This document shows, one piece after another, positions 40,761-53,376 of a DNA stretch of 64,000 nt. The first letter of the stretch is position 1. The number at the start of each line of letters is the position of its first letter. The notes beneath the pieces are model-generated. The model did no database searches and was not told where the DNA came from. It saw only the letters and a list, made by a program, of their open reading frames with translations. This DNA comes from Candidatus Bathyarchaeota archaeon (GTDB taxonomy: Archaea; Thermoproteota; Bathyarchaeia; Bathyarchaeales; Bathycorpusculaceae). The position numbers and the translations under genes were made by a program. The stretch is from positions 32,001 through 96,000 of the forward strand of contig CAWFFH010000006.1 in assembly GCA_963815095.1 (NCBI GenBank). Reading direction: 5' to 3'.

Positions 40761-40853
40761 CTGGGGATGGGCTTTTGAGTTGAAGTACGATTCCCGACCC
40801 GTTTAAAATTCAAAAGAAAATGCTTTGATACATTATTTACCGATCGTCCAGTA
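40761..40853 (+). repeat. About 90-bp intergenic repeat, copy 2
   Basis: Matches 35374-35464. Confidence 0.8.
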
Positions 40854-40925
40854 AAGGTAAATGGAGAAGTTAAATAACTTAAATTAAATAAATTCTATTT
40901 TGTTAATTCCTCAAAGGAGTGTGAA

Positions 40926-41327
40926 ATGTTTTTGACTTACATTCGTTGTTCTATAGGAAAGTGGCGTATTGACCTTTATTCTTCTGAAGCTGAGGCGATT
41001 TTTGGAAGGATAAACGATGAAGGAGTTAGACTGTTTCAGGAGCAGTCAGGGTTTATAAGTTATAGACTGATGCGGGCTAGCAATGATGTTACAGTTGCCA
41101 TCGCTGAGTGGGAATCGGAAGAACTAGGCAGGGCGGGTGCGGAGAATTACAGAAAATGGTTAAGGGCGAGCGGTATCTGGAATAAACTAGTTCTCACGAC
41201 TTATGAAGGCGAAGCTCGTAGCTTCCTCATGAATTTGAATTCAAATTTACAGAATGAGTTGGAAAAAGAGAGATTTAATCAAGGTGCTCGAAGGATACTG
41301 GCGCAAATTTCCAGAAAAAAATGCTAA
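40926..41327 (+). CDS. ABM/dimeric alpha-beta barrel protein, paralog of 56400-56699, with frameshifted C-terminus
   Basis: QSGFISYRLMR...VAIAEWESEE, near-identical to the 56.4-kb copy. Confidence 0.75.
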   Translation: MFLTYIRCSIGKWRIDLYSSEAEAIFGRINDEGVRLFQEQSGFISYRLMRASNDVTVAIAEWESEELGRAGAENYRKWLRASGIWNKLVLTTYEGEARSFLMNLNSNLQNELEKERFNQGARRILAQISRKKC

Positions 41328-41480
41328 GAACGAGCGGTACCAGGCTTAACCACAAAGCTTGGGCCAAATTTGAGTTGGCGTGGCTTCAAACACTAGACCG
41401 AATGGAGTAACGCATTTATTAGGAAAATAATTTAGGCTCAGTTTCTAAAATTAACGGTAATAATCAGCTGAATTTGGAAA

Positions 41481-41567
41481 TGGCGCGGGATGTGGGAATT
41501 GAACCCACGCGGCCTTTCGACCACAGACTTAGCAGGCCTGCCCCATACCAGGCTTGGGGAATCCCGC
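41481..41567 (-). tRNA. tRNA-Ser (GCT), long variable arm, encoded CCA
   Basis: Acceptor GCGGGAT/ATCCCGC plus G-CCA, anticodon stem CAGGC/GTCTG with loop CTGCTAA, and GGGTTCAATTCCC T-arm. Confidence 0.93.
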
Positions 41568-41730
41568 ACGCCTCAAGTTCAGCCAATCCATTATACTGTA
41601 TTTCAATTAAACCTTTCTGGGAATTAAAACTAGTGGATTCACCAAGCTATTTCCTGCACATGATTTACCATTAAATCTAAATCGGGGCACGCAAGAATAA
41701 ATAAAGAAATAACCTTTTTCAGGAATCAGT

Positions 41731-42102
41731 ATGGCGCCTAAAAAACAATTCAATACCATAGATGAATACATAGCTACTTTCCCACAAAATATCCAGAAGA
41801 TTTTGGAAACGATTAGGCAAACAATCCATGAAGCTGCCCCCCAAGCAAAAGAAGCTATAAGCTATCAGATGCCCGCCTTCAAACAAAACGGAATTTTAGT
41901 GTGGTTTGCGGCGCACAAAAACCACATCGGATTTTACCCAAGAGTATCCGCTATCGAGACCTTCAAAGAGGAATTGCGCGATTATCAGGTAACTAAAGGC
42001 ACGGTTAAATTCTTCTTAGACAAGCCTATTCCTTATGATTTGTTGAAGAAAATGGTGATGTTTAGAGTTAAGGAAAACCGGGAGAGTAGTCAAAAAAAAT
42101 AA
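41731..42102 (+). CDS. DUF1801 (YdhG-like) protein
   Basis: IDEYIA...EAISYQMPAF...HIGFYP...KPIPYDL. Confidence 0.9.
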   Translation: MAPKKQFNTIDEYIATFPQNIQKILETIRQTIHEAAPQAKEAISYQMPAFKQNGILVWFAAHKNHIGFYPRVSAIETFKEELRDYQVTKGTVKFFLDKPIPYDLLKKMVMFRVKENRESSQKK

Positions 42103-42139
42103 AAGAAATAAGAACAGAAAATTCTATCAGCTATTTTAG

Positions 42140-42637
42140 TTATGATGCTTTGCCGTCTTTGCAGAAGTAGATGTTTGGTCTAGCTTTGGCGAGGTTGAAG
42201 TCTTTAAAAACTTCGCATTCGCTGCAAATACACATCTTGCCGAAATCAAAGTCTTTGCATGGGGCAACCCCGTTGGCGCAGTAGGGTCCAGGCATATCTT
42301 CCGGTTTAGGAATCATCTTTAATGAACTATTATTTGACATGTTTTTCATCATTTCATTACTCATACTTTTTTGCTGCTCCCTCGACATTTTCATCATCAT
42401 TTCAGGAGTCATGTTCTTCATCATTTCAACGTTCTTCATCATTTCGGAACCTAAAATATCCTGCACATTTCCTGAGTTCATTTTATTTATCATGTCATTT
42501 CTTGCCAAAATTTTGGGTTTGGCGCATTCGCTGTTTTTTTGTACGGCGCAGTTAACACATTGGCACTTCGTTATTACATCATAAGTTAATGTTACTTTAG
42601 GCTGTGTTTTATGACCAAAAAAATCCAAAAAATTCAC
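42140..42637 (-). CDS. DUF2769 family Cys-rich protein with Met-rich insertion
   Basis: CQCVNC, YCANG, CICSECEV and YFC, with a central Met-rich stretch. Confidence 0.75.
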   Translation of the reverse strand: MNFLDFFGHKTQPKVTLTYDVITKCQCVNCAVQKNSECAKPKILARNDMINKMNSGNVQDILGSEMMKNVEMMKNMTPEMMMKMSREQQKSMSNEMMKNMSNNSSLKMIPKPEDMPGPYCANGVAPCKDFDFGKMCICSECEVFKDFNLAKARPNIYFCKDGKAS

Positions 42638-42882
42638 CTTATTCCAATATAAAATATAAAAAAACCCTCAATTAAAGTTTGCTCCCGACGCTGTTTGGCT
42701 AACCTAAGGGGGTCAACGACTCTGAAAACCATGTTCTATATGTCCACACAGCCTTGATATTGGAACTCTACCCTTTTGAGGAAGGAACTTTGCGTTAGGC
42801 GTCAATATAGTTTAAAAGGGTGACCTTGTTAACTATTCTCTTGCAGGTTTTCCTGCGTTTATGAAAATGTGTTGGTGCCTGA

Positions 42883-43314
42883 ATGGGGATTAAACTTTCA
42901 AAGTCCGATATAGCGTTTATAAAACAGTTACCAGTTTGTCGTCTTGCAACCGCAACCGAAGAATGTGAACCCGTTGTGAGACCTATTTGGGCGATTTTTG
43001 ATGGAGCAAACATCTACTTTGCATCTGACCCTGACACCCCCAAATTGGAACATATAGAAGCAAACCCTCAGGTATCACTGGTCTTTGATGATTACGACCA
43101 AAAAAACTGGTCAACCATCAGAGGCGTCCGCGTTCAAGGCGAAGCAGAAATTATGTTAAATGGCAAAGAATACCGTTACGCTCATGATCTTCTTAAAGAA
43201 AAGTATCCTGAGTATGCGAGTCCTGAAGGCAGCTGGAAAGAAGGCGATGTGCCTATTATTAAGGTGATACCTACGACTTTTAATAAGTGGTCTTCAGGAA
43301 AATGGCAAAAATAG
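42883..43314 (+). CDS. Pyridoxamine 5'-phosphate oxidase-like (flavin/F420-binding split barrel)
   Basis: CRLATA...PVVRPIW...KLEHIEANPQVSLV...LLKEKYPEY. Confidence 0.85.
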   Translation: MGIKLSKSDIAFIKQLPVCRLATATEECEPVVRPIWAIFDGANIYFASDPDTPKLEHIEANPQVSLVFDDYDQKNWSTIRGVRVQGEAEIMLNGKEYRYAHDLLKEKYPEYASPEGSWKEGDVPIIKVIPTTFNKWSSGKWQK

Positions 43315-43437
43315 TTTTAATTTAACCAACAAACCACTTTTCAAATCTGTTTTTCGGGTTTTTCCTTTTTGACTAAAGCGTGCCTACGGAAAAGCTTATC
43401 CCTAAACTGTATCTTATAGCAGTTGAGGGCTCAGTCT

Positions 43438-44217
43438 ATGTCACTTGAATCAGGCAGAAAACTAGGGTTAATCGCAAGTTTAATACAGGTTATCTTGCCA
43501 ATTGTGGCGGTTGTCGGAATAGTTGCTTTAGTCATATCGGCATTAGTCGCATCAGTATCAAGAACCACCATGGGCATACCTGCCGCTCCAATTTTTGGGT
43601 TCTCAGTGGGTCTAGTTGTTTTCTTTATTGCTGTGGGCGGTTTAGCCCTTATCGGATTTACCCTCTTTTTAGTGTCGATGCACCGCCTATCCATTTATTA
43701 CAGTGAGCCGTCAATTTTCAAGAATGTGCTATACGCATTCATCGTGAGTATCGTTTCTGGGGTAGTCTTTTTTGTTTATGAATTTGTCTTTGGGTCCTGG
43801 TCATTTGGGGGTTCACAAACCGGAGCAACACCAGCCCTGCCCATTCTATCCATTTTTGGCGTATTAGGAATAAGTCTTGTCTTCAGCATAATCAACGCAG
43901 TTCTCTACATGCAGGCGTTTAACAAGTTAGCGGAGAAATCAGGCGTCGATAATTTCAAATCGACCGGCTTGCTGTACTTAATTGGAGTTTTGACGGCAAT
44001 CTTGTTTTTTGGCAGCTTGTTGGTTTGGATAGCATGGATTTTCGCCGCCCAGGGATTCAACAAACTTAAGCCAGCTCCAATAGTAACCCAAAATGGTTCC
44101 TACTTTACCCCACCGCCACCGTCAACTACGTTGCAAACCAAGCATTGCTCCAACTGCGGAACAGAAAATAGCGCCGACTCTCTTTACTGCACTCACTGCG
44201 GCAAACCACTACAATAG
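43438..44217 (+). CDS. DUF996 membrane protein with C-terminal zinc ribbon
   Basis: LSIYYSEPSIFKN, FKSTGLLYLIG and CSNCG...CTHCG. Confidence 0.82.
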   Translation: MSLESGRKLGLIASLIQVILPIVAVVGIVALVISALVASVSRTTMGIPAAPIFGFSVGLVVFFIAVGGLALIGFTLFLVSMHRLSIYYSEPSIFKNVLYAFIVSIVSGVVFFVYEFVFGSWSFGGSQTGATPALPILSIFGVLGISLVFSIINAVLYMQAFNKLAEKSGVDNFKSTGLLYLIGVLTAILFFGSLLVWIAWIFAAQGFNKLKPAPIVTQNGSYFTPPPPSTTLQTKHCSNCGTENSADSLYCTHCGKPLQ

Positions 44218-44327
44218 AAAATACGCGATAATCAAGCAAGCAATGGATTATTCCTTAAGGGCACTTGATTTTTACAAAAAATTTTATATCTCAGTGCCTT
44301 CTCCTTTTAAACACAAGTTGTGATTAT

Positions 44328-45308
44328 ATGGCAGTCAAAATTTCACCAGATTATATTGACCTTCTAAACAAGGCAGTCGAACGCGAAATTCAAGTTTCTC
44401 TCCAATATATTCTTCAACATTCAAAAATGGAGAAATTGGTCCGAAGAACCCTCCCTGAAAATATCCTTCTCGAGAAAACCACCTACGACGCAGTTGGAAA
44501 GATTCTCAGAGAAATCTCCATCCAGGAAATGAAACATGCCGCCGCAATAATCGAGCGCATCTATTACCTTGGCGGAAAAGCCTCAACTAAATCCAGCAAA
44601 ATTACTGTAGGCGACAGCATAAGCGAATTCGCTAAGCTGGGAGTAAAAGCAGAGGAAGAAGCCGTAACACTATATCGCGAAATCATCGATACTTCAGGTA
44701 AAATGGGCGATTGGGAAACTCGTGAGCTCTTCGAGAAAATCTACGGTGAAGAAGAGCAGCATCTGTTCAAATTCCAAGAATATACAAAGTTCCCTGACGA
44801 AAAGGAAGAACCGAGCAAAGTGCCGCTTCCTGAATGGCGCAAAATCTACACGGAAGAATATTTCACACTCCTAAACAAAGCGGTTTCCGCTGAAATCGCA
44901 GGCATCATCCAGTACACTAACCAGCATGAGAAAATGGCATTGCTTGAACTCAGGATGAAGAACACATCACTTGAAACAATCACGGAATCCAACAAAGCAG
45001 CAGTCGTGAGCAAAATCCTCAAAGAAGTCTTCATGCAAGAAATGGATCACCTCGAAAAAATCAGTGAACGCATATACTTGCTCGAAGGGGAAGCGGTCTG
45101 GAAACCAGATCCATTGCCAGTTGTCGGCAACACTGCGCAGGAATTCCTTGTCTTAGACCACGCATTGGAAAGTAGCGCAATAACGCTCTACCGCCAAATT
45201 ATCGCGGAAGCACTCAAACGCGGCGACACAACCACCAGACGCATGTTCGAAGACATCATTATCCAAGAAGAAAATCACTTCTGGACCTTCGACGACTTCG
45301 TAAGATAA
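44328..45308 (+). CDS. Tandem bacterioferritin/ferritin-like double-domain protein
   Basis: Two repeats, each with LLNKAV..E...QY..QH, EMxH, ERIYxLxG and EExH. Confidence 0.85.
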   Translation: MAVKISPDYIDLLNKAVEREIQVSLQYILQHSKMEKLVRRTLPENILLEKTTYDAVGKILREISIQEMKHAAAIIERIYYLGGKASTKSSKITVGDSISEFAKLGVKAEEEAVTLYREIIDTSGKMGDWETRELFEKIYGEEEQHLFKFQEYTKFPDEKEEPSKVPLPEWRKIYTEEYFTLLNKAVSAEIAGIIQYTNQHEKMALLELRMKNTSLETITESNKAAVVSKILKEVFMQEMDHLEKISERIYLLEGEAVWKPDPLPVVGNTAQEFLVLDHALESSAITLYRQIIAEALKRGDTTTRRMFEDIIIQEENHFWTFDDFVR

Positions 45309-45515
45309 AAACCAAAAATTTTCTTTCCCTGTTTTCTTAGGGTTATTTTTTAATCTTTTTTCAACTATTTTCTAAGATAGTACAGCGTTGATTTTTTACT
45401 AATACGACCGATCTTCTTAGGATTCTGACCTCTTTCAGTGTTTCTTTAATAATTGGCATATTAGGCTCCACACAGGAATTCTAAAGCACCTGGAAACGAT
45501 TACTGCTTTTTTTTG

Positions 45516-46910
45516 TCAGCTTTTGTATGTTCTTCTTCTTTTTATTACAAGAGTAACCAAAACAATTAGCAAGACTATTATCACGATCAACGCGGCGAGA
45601 ATGCCGAGTTCAAATCCGTTAATTCCACTGGAAATAGAAGTTTGGGTTTGGTTGGGTGATAAGGTTGTGGTCGAGAACAAAGTTGTTTCAGGAGTTGGGG
45701 TGTCGGTTGGCTGTGTGATTGGCGTTGGAGCTATTGAGGTTACGGCTAAAGGAAGTGGCATTGCCGCGTTTGGGTTTGGGGCTGCTTGGATGTTTGGGCT
45801 GTCTAAAACTGGCTGAAAATTCACTGTGCCCAAGTTAAAATCGCTTTTGCCATCAAATATTGTTTGATTGATGACTGATTGATCGGTTGTTCCCCACCAG
45901 TTATTTGAGGCATTGAGGTCTGTGGTTTCGCCTATTGCAAAATAAATACTGTAATTTAAATTATCTTGCAAATTGTTGTTTTGAAACGCTAGGTACTGGG
46001 CTTCCCCAATAATTTTGACTCCGATCGAGTTTTTCGAAATTGTGTTGCTATTTATTGAGGGGTTAATGACTCCATAAGTAAATGCTGGATAAATTTCCAT
46101 ATGGATTCCTTCAGTGTTGCCCGATATTTTGTTTCGTTCAAGAACCTCATTTGGAGGAATACTCCCGGCAAGCGCCTGATGGGAAGTATATAGGTAAACA
46201 CCGTAATTGCAATTAAAAATACTGTTGTCAACAATCAAAGCATAACCTGTTGATGAAATTCCAGTCTTGAGGTAATTTGAACCACCAAAAATCTTGTTAC
46301 TTGCAATAACGGGATAGCCTGACAAAGTGCCTCCTGCACTACTAACGGTGCCTGAAATTGTATTATTCCAAACCACGGTGGTTCCTGTAATATAGACAGA
46401 GCCTACGATTATATTGTTTGAAATTATTGATGCATCACTAACACTAATATCCCCTTTAATGTAATCGTTATCAAGTTTAATCGCATGGTAAATATTAGTA
46501 ACTGAAACAGAGTTCAAGTTTGCATTCTCGATTATGCAGCCAGTTTGAGTCTGTTCATTCCAACCGGTACTATCATGAGTAAACTTGATGTTTCCCGTAT
46601 TGAATTTGATTGGATTAGAAATGACGCCGTAAGCTTGGATACTGCCCTCGACTTGGATGTAAAAATTGTTTAGGTTGACGACAACTCCCTGTTCGATTGT
46701 TAATGTTACTCCAGTCTTCACGTTTATGGGTCCAGTAAGATTGTATGGACTATTTTCTGAAGTCCATGTAATGTCAGAAGTTATTGCGCCTATTGTGTCA
46801 GTTGCCTGTACATTGCTGAAGACAAATGATGCGGTAATTAAGCTTGCAACAATAAAAGCAATTAGAAGTATTCTCATCAAAGCTATCCAATACAAATTGG
46901 TTGACTGCAA
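45516..46910 (-). CDS. Secreted right-handed beta-helix protein with P/T linker and C-terminal TM (start may be ATG 46877)
   Basis: WTSENSPYNLTG...TLTIEQGV, NASNNWWG and terminal TM plus KRRR. Confidence 0.82.
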   Translation of the reverse strand: MQSTNLYWIALMRILLIAFIVASLITASFVFSNVQATDTIGAITSDITWTSENSPYNLTGPINVKTGVTLTIEQGVVVNLNNFYIQVEGSIQAYGVISNPIKFNTGNIKFTHDSTGWNEQTQTGCIIENANLNSVSVTNIYHAIKLDNDYIKGDISVSDASIISNNIIVGSVYITGTTVVWNNTISGTVSSAGGTLSGYPVIASNKIFGGSNYLKTGISSTGYALIVDNSIFNCNYGVYLYTSHQALAGSIPPNEVLERNKISGNTEGIHMEIYPAFTYGVINPSINSNTISKNSIGVKIIGEAQYLAFQNNNLQDNLNYSIYFAIGETTDLNASNNWWGTTDQSVINQTIFDGKSDFNLGTVNFQPVLDSPNIQAAPNPNAAMPLPLAVTSIAPTPITQPTDTPTPETTLFSTTTLSPNQTQTSISSGINGFELGILAALIVIIVLLIVLVTLVIKRRRTYKS

Positions 46911-47122
46911 ATATTAAATTATTCGGAAAGCTTTTCAAAAAACTTAAATTCCTTAAACTACCAGATTAAGGATAGCCGCTTTAACAAAGGATGAATCAAA
47001 AAAATCATCCTAGTTACACAAACTGCGGAAACTTTATCGACAACTGCAACTGCTGTATAAGCAAAGATAAAGTAACAGGCGGACGAACTCCGTAAAAAGA
47101 AATTTTCGAACGTGAGACAAAA

Positions 47123-50000
<2,878 letters not shown>

Positions 50001-50107
50001 CTTTACTCGTTTAATGAGAGAAACTGTAAGGAGCTTCTCCTTTCTCCTCAAGGCACATAACTATTCTTCAGCATATAAACCGCTATTTCCACACTCGACA
50101 TATATCA

Positions 50108-50476
50108 CTAAGGCTTTTCAGGTTCATCATCGAAGTAGCAGGCTTCCTTAAACCGCGGAGTGCAAACACAGTAGAATACTAGGTCCGTTTGACCTGTGCT
50201 GGTTATTTTTTGGGATGCCCCAGTGGGAATAACAACAACGTCGCCAGCCCTCACCATGATTGGTTCTAAGCCGCTAAAAGCAACCTTGCCCTCTCCGGCT
50301 GTTATGATGTAAATTTCCTGGATGCCTTCTAGGTGATGCGCTCTGGTTGTTACGCCTGGTTTTACTGTAGCTATGGCAATTGAAACGTCTTTGTCGCTGA
50401 AATTTTCGGCAATGGTGCAGCGTTCTGGCGTTAAATATGGTTTTAGAGAATCGGCTTTTACGATTTTTGGCTGCAA
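50108..50476 (-). CDS. Cupin domain protein
   Basis: AHHL...EIYII..GEG and GDVVVIP motifs. Confidence 0.88.
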   Translation of the reverse strand: MQPKIVKADSLKPYLTPERCTIAENFSDKDVSIAIATVKPGVTTRAHHLEGIQEIYIITAGEGKVAFSGLEPIMVRAGDVVVIPTGASQKITSTGQTDLVFYCVCTPRFKEACYFDDEPEKP

Positions 50477-50708
50477 GTTTTCACCGTGTCTTATGGTTGA
50501 TTTAGTAAGATAAAAGGTAACTGTAGATTATGTGTGTTTTTTATTATATTGTTTGCGCAAGCCTTAACCTAAGATGTATTTGCTTGAAAAGGGGGGGTTT
50601 GGCGTAAAAGGGCTGTTTTTGGATTTTTTTATTTTGTGTTTTTTGTTTAAACTTTATGGAGTTTTGTATGGGTTTGTTGGTTGTATTGTATGTTTAATGT
50701 GAAAACAC

Positions 50709-50765
50709 CTTATATATGCGCTAAATGTAGTGTGTAGATTGAGCACTTAACACTATACGTGTATC
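50709..50765 (+). promoter_or_regulatory. TATA box followed by tandem NrdR boxes
   Basis: CTTATATAT at 50709-50717. Box 1 GCGCTAAATGTAGTGT at 50718-50733 (12/16 to ACACTATATATAGTGT) and box 2 ACACTATACGTGTATC at 50750-50765 (9/16), 32 bp apart. Confidence 0.7.
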
Positions 50766-50788
50766 ATCAGATTGAGTATGTTAAACCT

Positions 50789-51238
50789 ATGAGATGTCCC
50801 TACTGCAACTCGGAAAATTCAAAAACCCTCGAAACACGCGACTCCCCAGAAAACACCACACGCAGGCGAAGAGAATGTATCAACTGCGCCAAACGCTATA
50901 CAACCTACGAGTACCTCGAAACCGTGGAAATCATGGTGAGAAAAAAAGACGGCGAACTCCAACGCTTCGACGTAAACAAAATAATCCGCGGCTTGCAGAA
51001 AGCGTGCGAAAAAAGACCAGTAAACATGAGCCAAATCAACTCGTTAGCAGAACAAGTACGCCAAGATCTTATGCTTAAAGGCACCGAAGAAGTTGCATCT
51101 GGTGAAATCGGCGATTTAATCATGAAATATCTAAAAAATGTGGACCGCATTGCGTACATTCGGTTCGCTTCAGTTTACAAAGAGTTTGAAGAGCCTGAAG
51201 ACTTCAGGAAATTACTCTTGGAAGTGAAAAAACAATGA
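50789..51238 (+). CDS. nrdR: Transcriptional repressor NrdR
   Basis: MRCPYC...RRRRECINC...TTYE, ATP cone and AYIRFASVY. Start revised to ATG 50789. Confidence 0.96.
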   Translation: MRCPYCNSENSKTLETRDSPENTTRRRRECINCAKRYTTYEYLETVEIMVRKKDGELQRFDVNKIIRGLQKACEKRPVNMSQINSLAEQVRQDLMLKGTEEVASGEIGDLIMKYLKNVDRIAYIRFASVYKEFEEPEDFRKLLLEVKKQ

Positions 51239-53361
51239 AGTTTGTACTAAAACGTGATAGTAAATTAGAACCCTTCGATCAAGAACGAATTACAACTGCT
51301 ATTTGGAAAGCCGCTAAAGCAGTAGGCGGAAGAGACAAAGAACAAGCCAAACGCATCAGCGATGAAGTCGTAGCTCTACTAAACAAGCAATACGGCGACG
51401 ATGCCGTACCTACAGTTGAAGAAGTTCAAGACCTCGTTGAAAAACGCTTAATCGAAAACGGACACGCTTCAACAGCGAAAGCCTACATCCTCTACCGTAA
51501 ACAACACACTGATATGCGTGAGTTAGCGGCGCTTTTGAGTTCTTCAGACATGGTAGATCAATACCTTGAGGTTGAGGACTGGCGCGTAAAAGAGAACAGC
51601 AACATGAGCTACTCGCTCCAAGGTTTGAACAATTACCTTTCATCCACTGTCATTGCCAAATATTGGATTGCCCGAATTTACCCCTCAAAGATTGCTGAAT
51701 CCCATTTCTCAGGCGACATACATATTCACGATTTAGGCGTGCTTGGCCCTTATTGTGTCGGCTGGGACGTAAGTGATCTGTTACTTTCAGGCTTTGGCGG
51801 AGTAGCAGGAAAGATAGAAAGCAAACCTGCAAAACACTTCCGCACTGCCCTTGGACAAGTGGTAAACTTCTTCTACACCTTACAAGGAGAAGCAGCAGGA
51901 GCACAAGCATTTAGCAATTTTGACACATACCTGGCTCCTTTCATACGTTATGATCACTTAACACAGAAGGACGTGGAGCAGGCGTTACAGGAATTCTTCT
52001 TCAACATGAACGTGCCAACCCGCGTCGGCTTCCAAACACCCTTCACTAACCTAACATTGGATTTGACGGTTCCAGACTTCATGAAGAATGAAGCTGTCCT
52101 TTACAACGGCAAAGTTACCCAGGACACATACGGCGACATGACTAAAGAAATGGAAATGTTCAACTTAGCCTTCGCCGAAGGTATGCGCCAAGGCGATTCC
52201 AAAGGCAGAGTCTTCACTTTTCCAATCCCAACCTACAACATCACAAAAGACTTCGACTGGGATTCACCGGTTTCGCAGGCAATCTTTGAAGTAACTGCCA
52301 AATACGGAGTCCCATACTTCAGCAACTTCGTTAACAGCGACATGAAGCCTGAAGATGTACGCAGCATGTGCTGTCGTTTACGTATCGATAACCGTGAACT
52401 TCGAAAGAGAGGAGGCGGCTTTTTCGGCGCTAACCCCTTGACGGGCAGCATCGGCGTAGTTACCTTGAACCTTCCAAGAATCGGCTACCTATCCAAAAAC
52501 GAAGACGAATTCTTCGAGCGGCTCGTAACTTTAATGGAGACAGCTAAATCCAGCTTGGAAATTAAACGTAAAGTGCTTGAAGCATTCACAGATAATGGTT
52601 TGTACCCCTATTCAAAGCGCTACCTGCGGCATGTTAAGGAAGGCTATGACAAGTTCTGGAAGAATCACTTCTCCACCATAGGCATTGTCGGCGTTAACGA
52701 AGCAATCATAAACTTGCTGGGACAAGACATTGCCTCCAAAGATGGACAAGCCTTCGCCATGAAGATGCTCACGTTCATGCGTGACCGCTTAGCAGATTAC
52801 CAAGAGGAGACAGGCTGCATCTACAACCTTGAAGCCACTCCAGCCGAAGGAACATCCTATCGTCTTGCACGATTAGACAAAAAACGCTACCGAGACATTA
52901 TATTCGCTAACCAGAAACAAATCAATGCAAACCACGCAGAACCTTTCTACACTAACTCTTCCCAGTTACCAGTGGACTTCTCAGGCGACCTCTTCGACGC
53001 GCTTGAACACCAAGAAACCTTGCAATCACTCTACACAGGCGGTACAGTATTCCATATTTTCCTTGGCGAACGCTTGCAATCATGGAAATCAGCCGCAGAA
53101 CTAATCAAGAAAGTCGCATGGAACTCAAAGCTGCCTTACTTCACTTTGACGCCAACTTTCAGTGTTTGCCCAACTCACGGCTACACCAGCGGCGAACACA
53201 GACTCTGCCCCGTCTGCCAAGCACCAAGCGAAGTCTACTCACGAGTCGTCGGGTACCTGCGACCAATTGACCAATGGAACGATGGAAAACAAGCAGAATT
53301 TGACATACGCAAAACCTTCGACCGCTCAACAGTAATAAAATCTGCGCCCCTAACAGCTTAA
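51235..53361 (+). CDS. nrdD: Anaerobic (class III) ribonucleoside-triphosphate reductase
   Basis: ATP cone, SMCCRL, NLEATPAE and glycyl-radical loop YSRVVGYLRP. Confidence 0.96.
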   Translation: MKFVLKRDSKLEPFDQERITTAIWKAAKAVGGRDKEQAKRISDEVVALLNKQYGDDAVPTVEEVQDLVEKRLIENGHASTAKAYILYRKQHTDMRELAALLSSSDMVDQYLEVEDWRVKENSNMSYSLQGLNNYLSSTVIAKYWIARIYPSKIAESHFSGDIHIHDLGVLGPYCVGWDVSDLLLSGFGGVAGKIESKPAKHFRTALGQVVNFFYTLQGEAAGAQAFSNFDTYLAPFIRYDHLTQKDVEQALQEFFFNMNVPTRVGFQTPFTNLTLDLTVPDFMKNEAVLYNGKVTQDTYGDMTKEMEMFNLAFAEGMRQGDSKGRVFTFPIPTYNITKDFDWDSPVSQAIFEVTAKYGVPYFSNFVNSDMKPEDVRSMCCRLRIDNRELRKRGGGFFGANPLTGSIGVVTLNLPRIGYLSKNEDEFFERLVTLMETAKSSLEIKRKVLEAFTDNGLYPYSKRYLRHVKEGYDKFWKNHFSTIGIVGVNEAIINLLGQDIASKDGQAFAMKMLTFMRDRLADYQEETGCIYNLEATPAEGTSYRLARLDKKRYRDIIFANQKQINANHAEPFYTNSSQLPVDFSGDLFDALEHQETLQSLYTGGTVFHIFLGERLQSWKSAAELIKKVAWNSKLPYFTLTPTFSVCPTHGYTSGEHRLCPVCQAPSEVYSRVVGYLRPIDQWNDGKQAEFDIRKTFDRSTVIKSAPLTA

Positions 53362-53376
53362 GGAGAAAATATCTGA

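Noticed and set aside
32200-41500. CRISPR array or classical integron attC array
   Set aside because: The repeats are irregularly spaced and degenerate, there is no cas or intI gene, and I could not verify attC R/L box structure.
41474-41674. 66-aa ORF
   Set aside because: Antisense shadow of tRNA-Ser.
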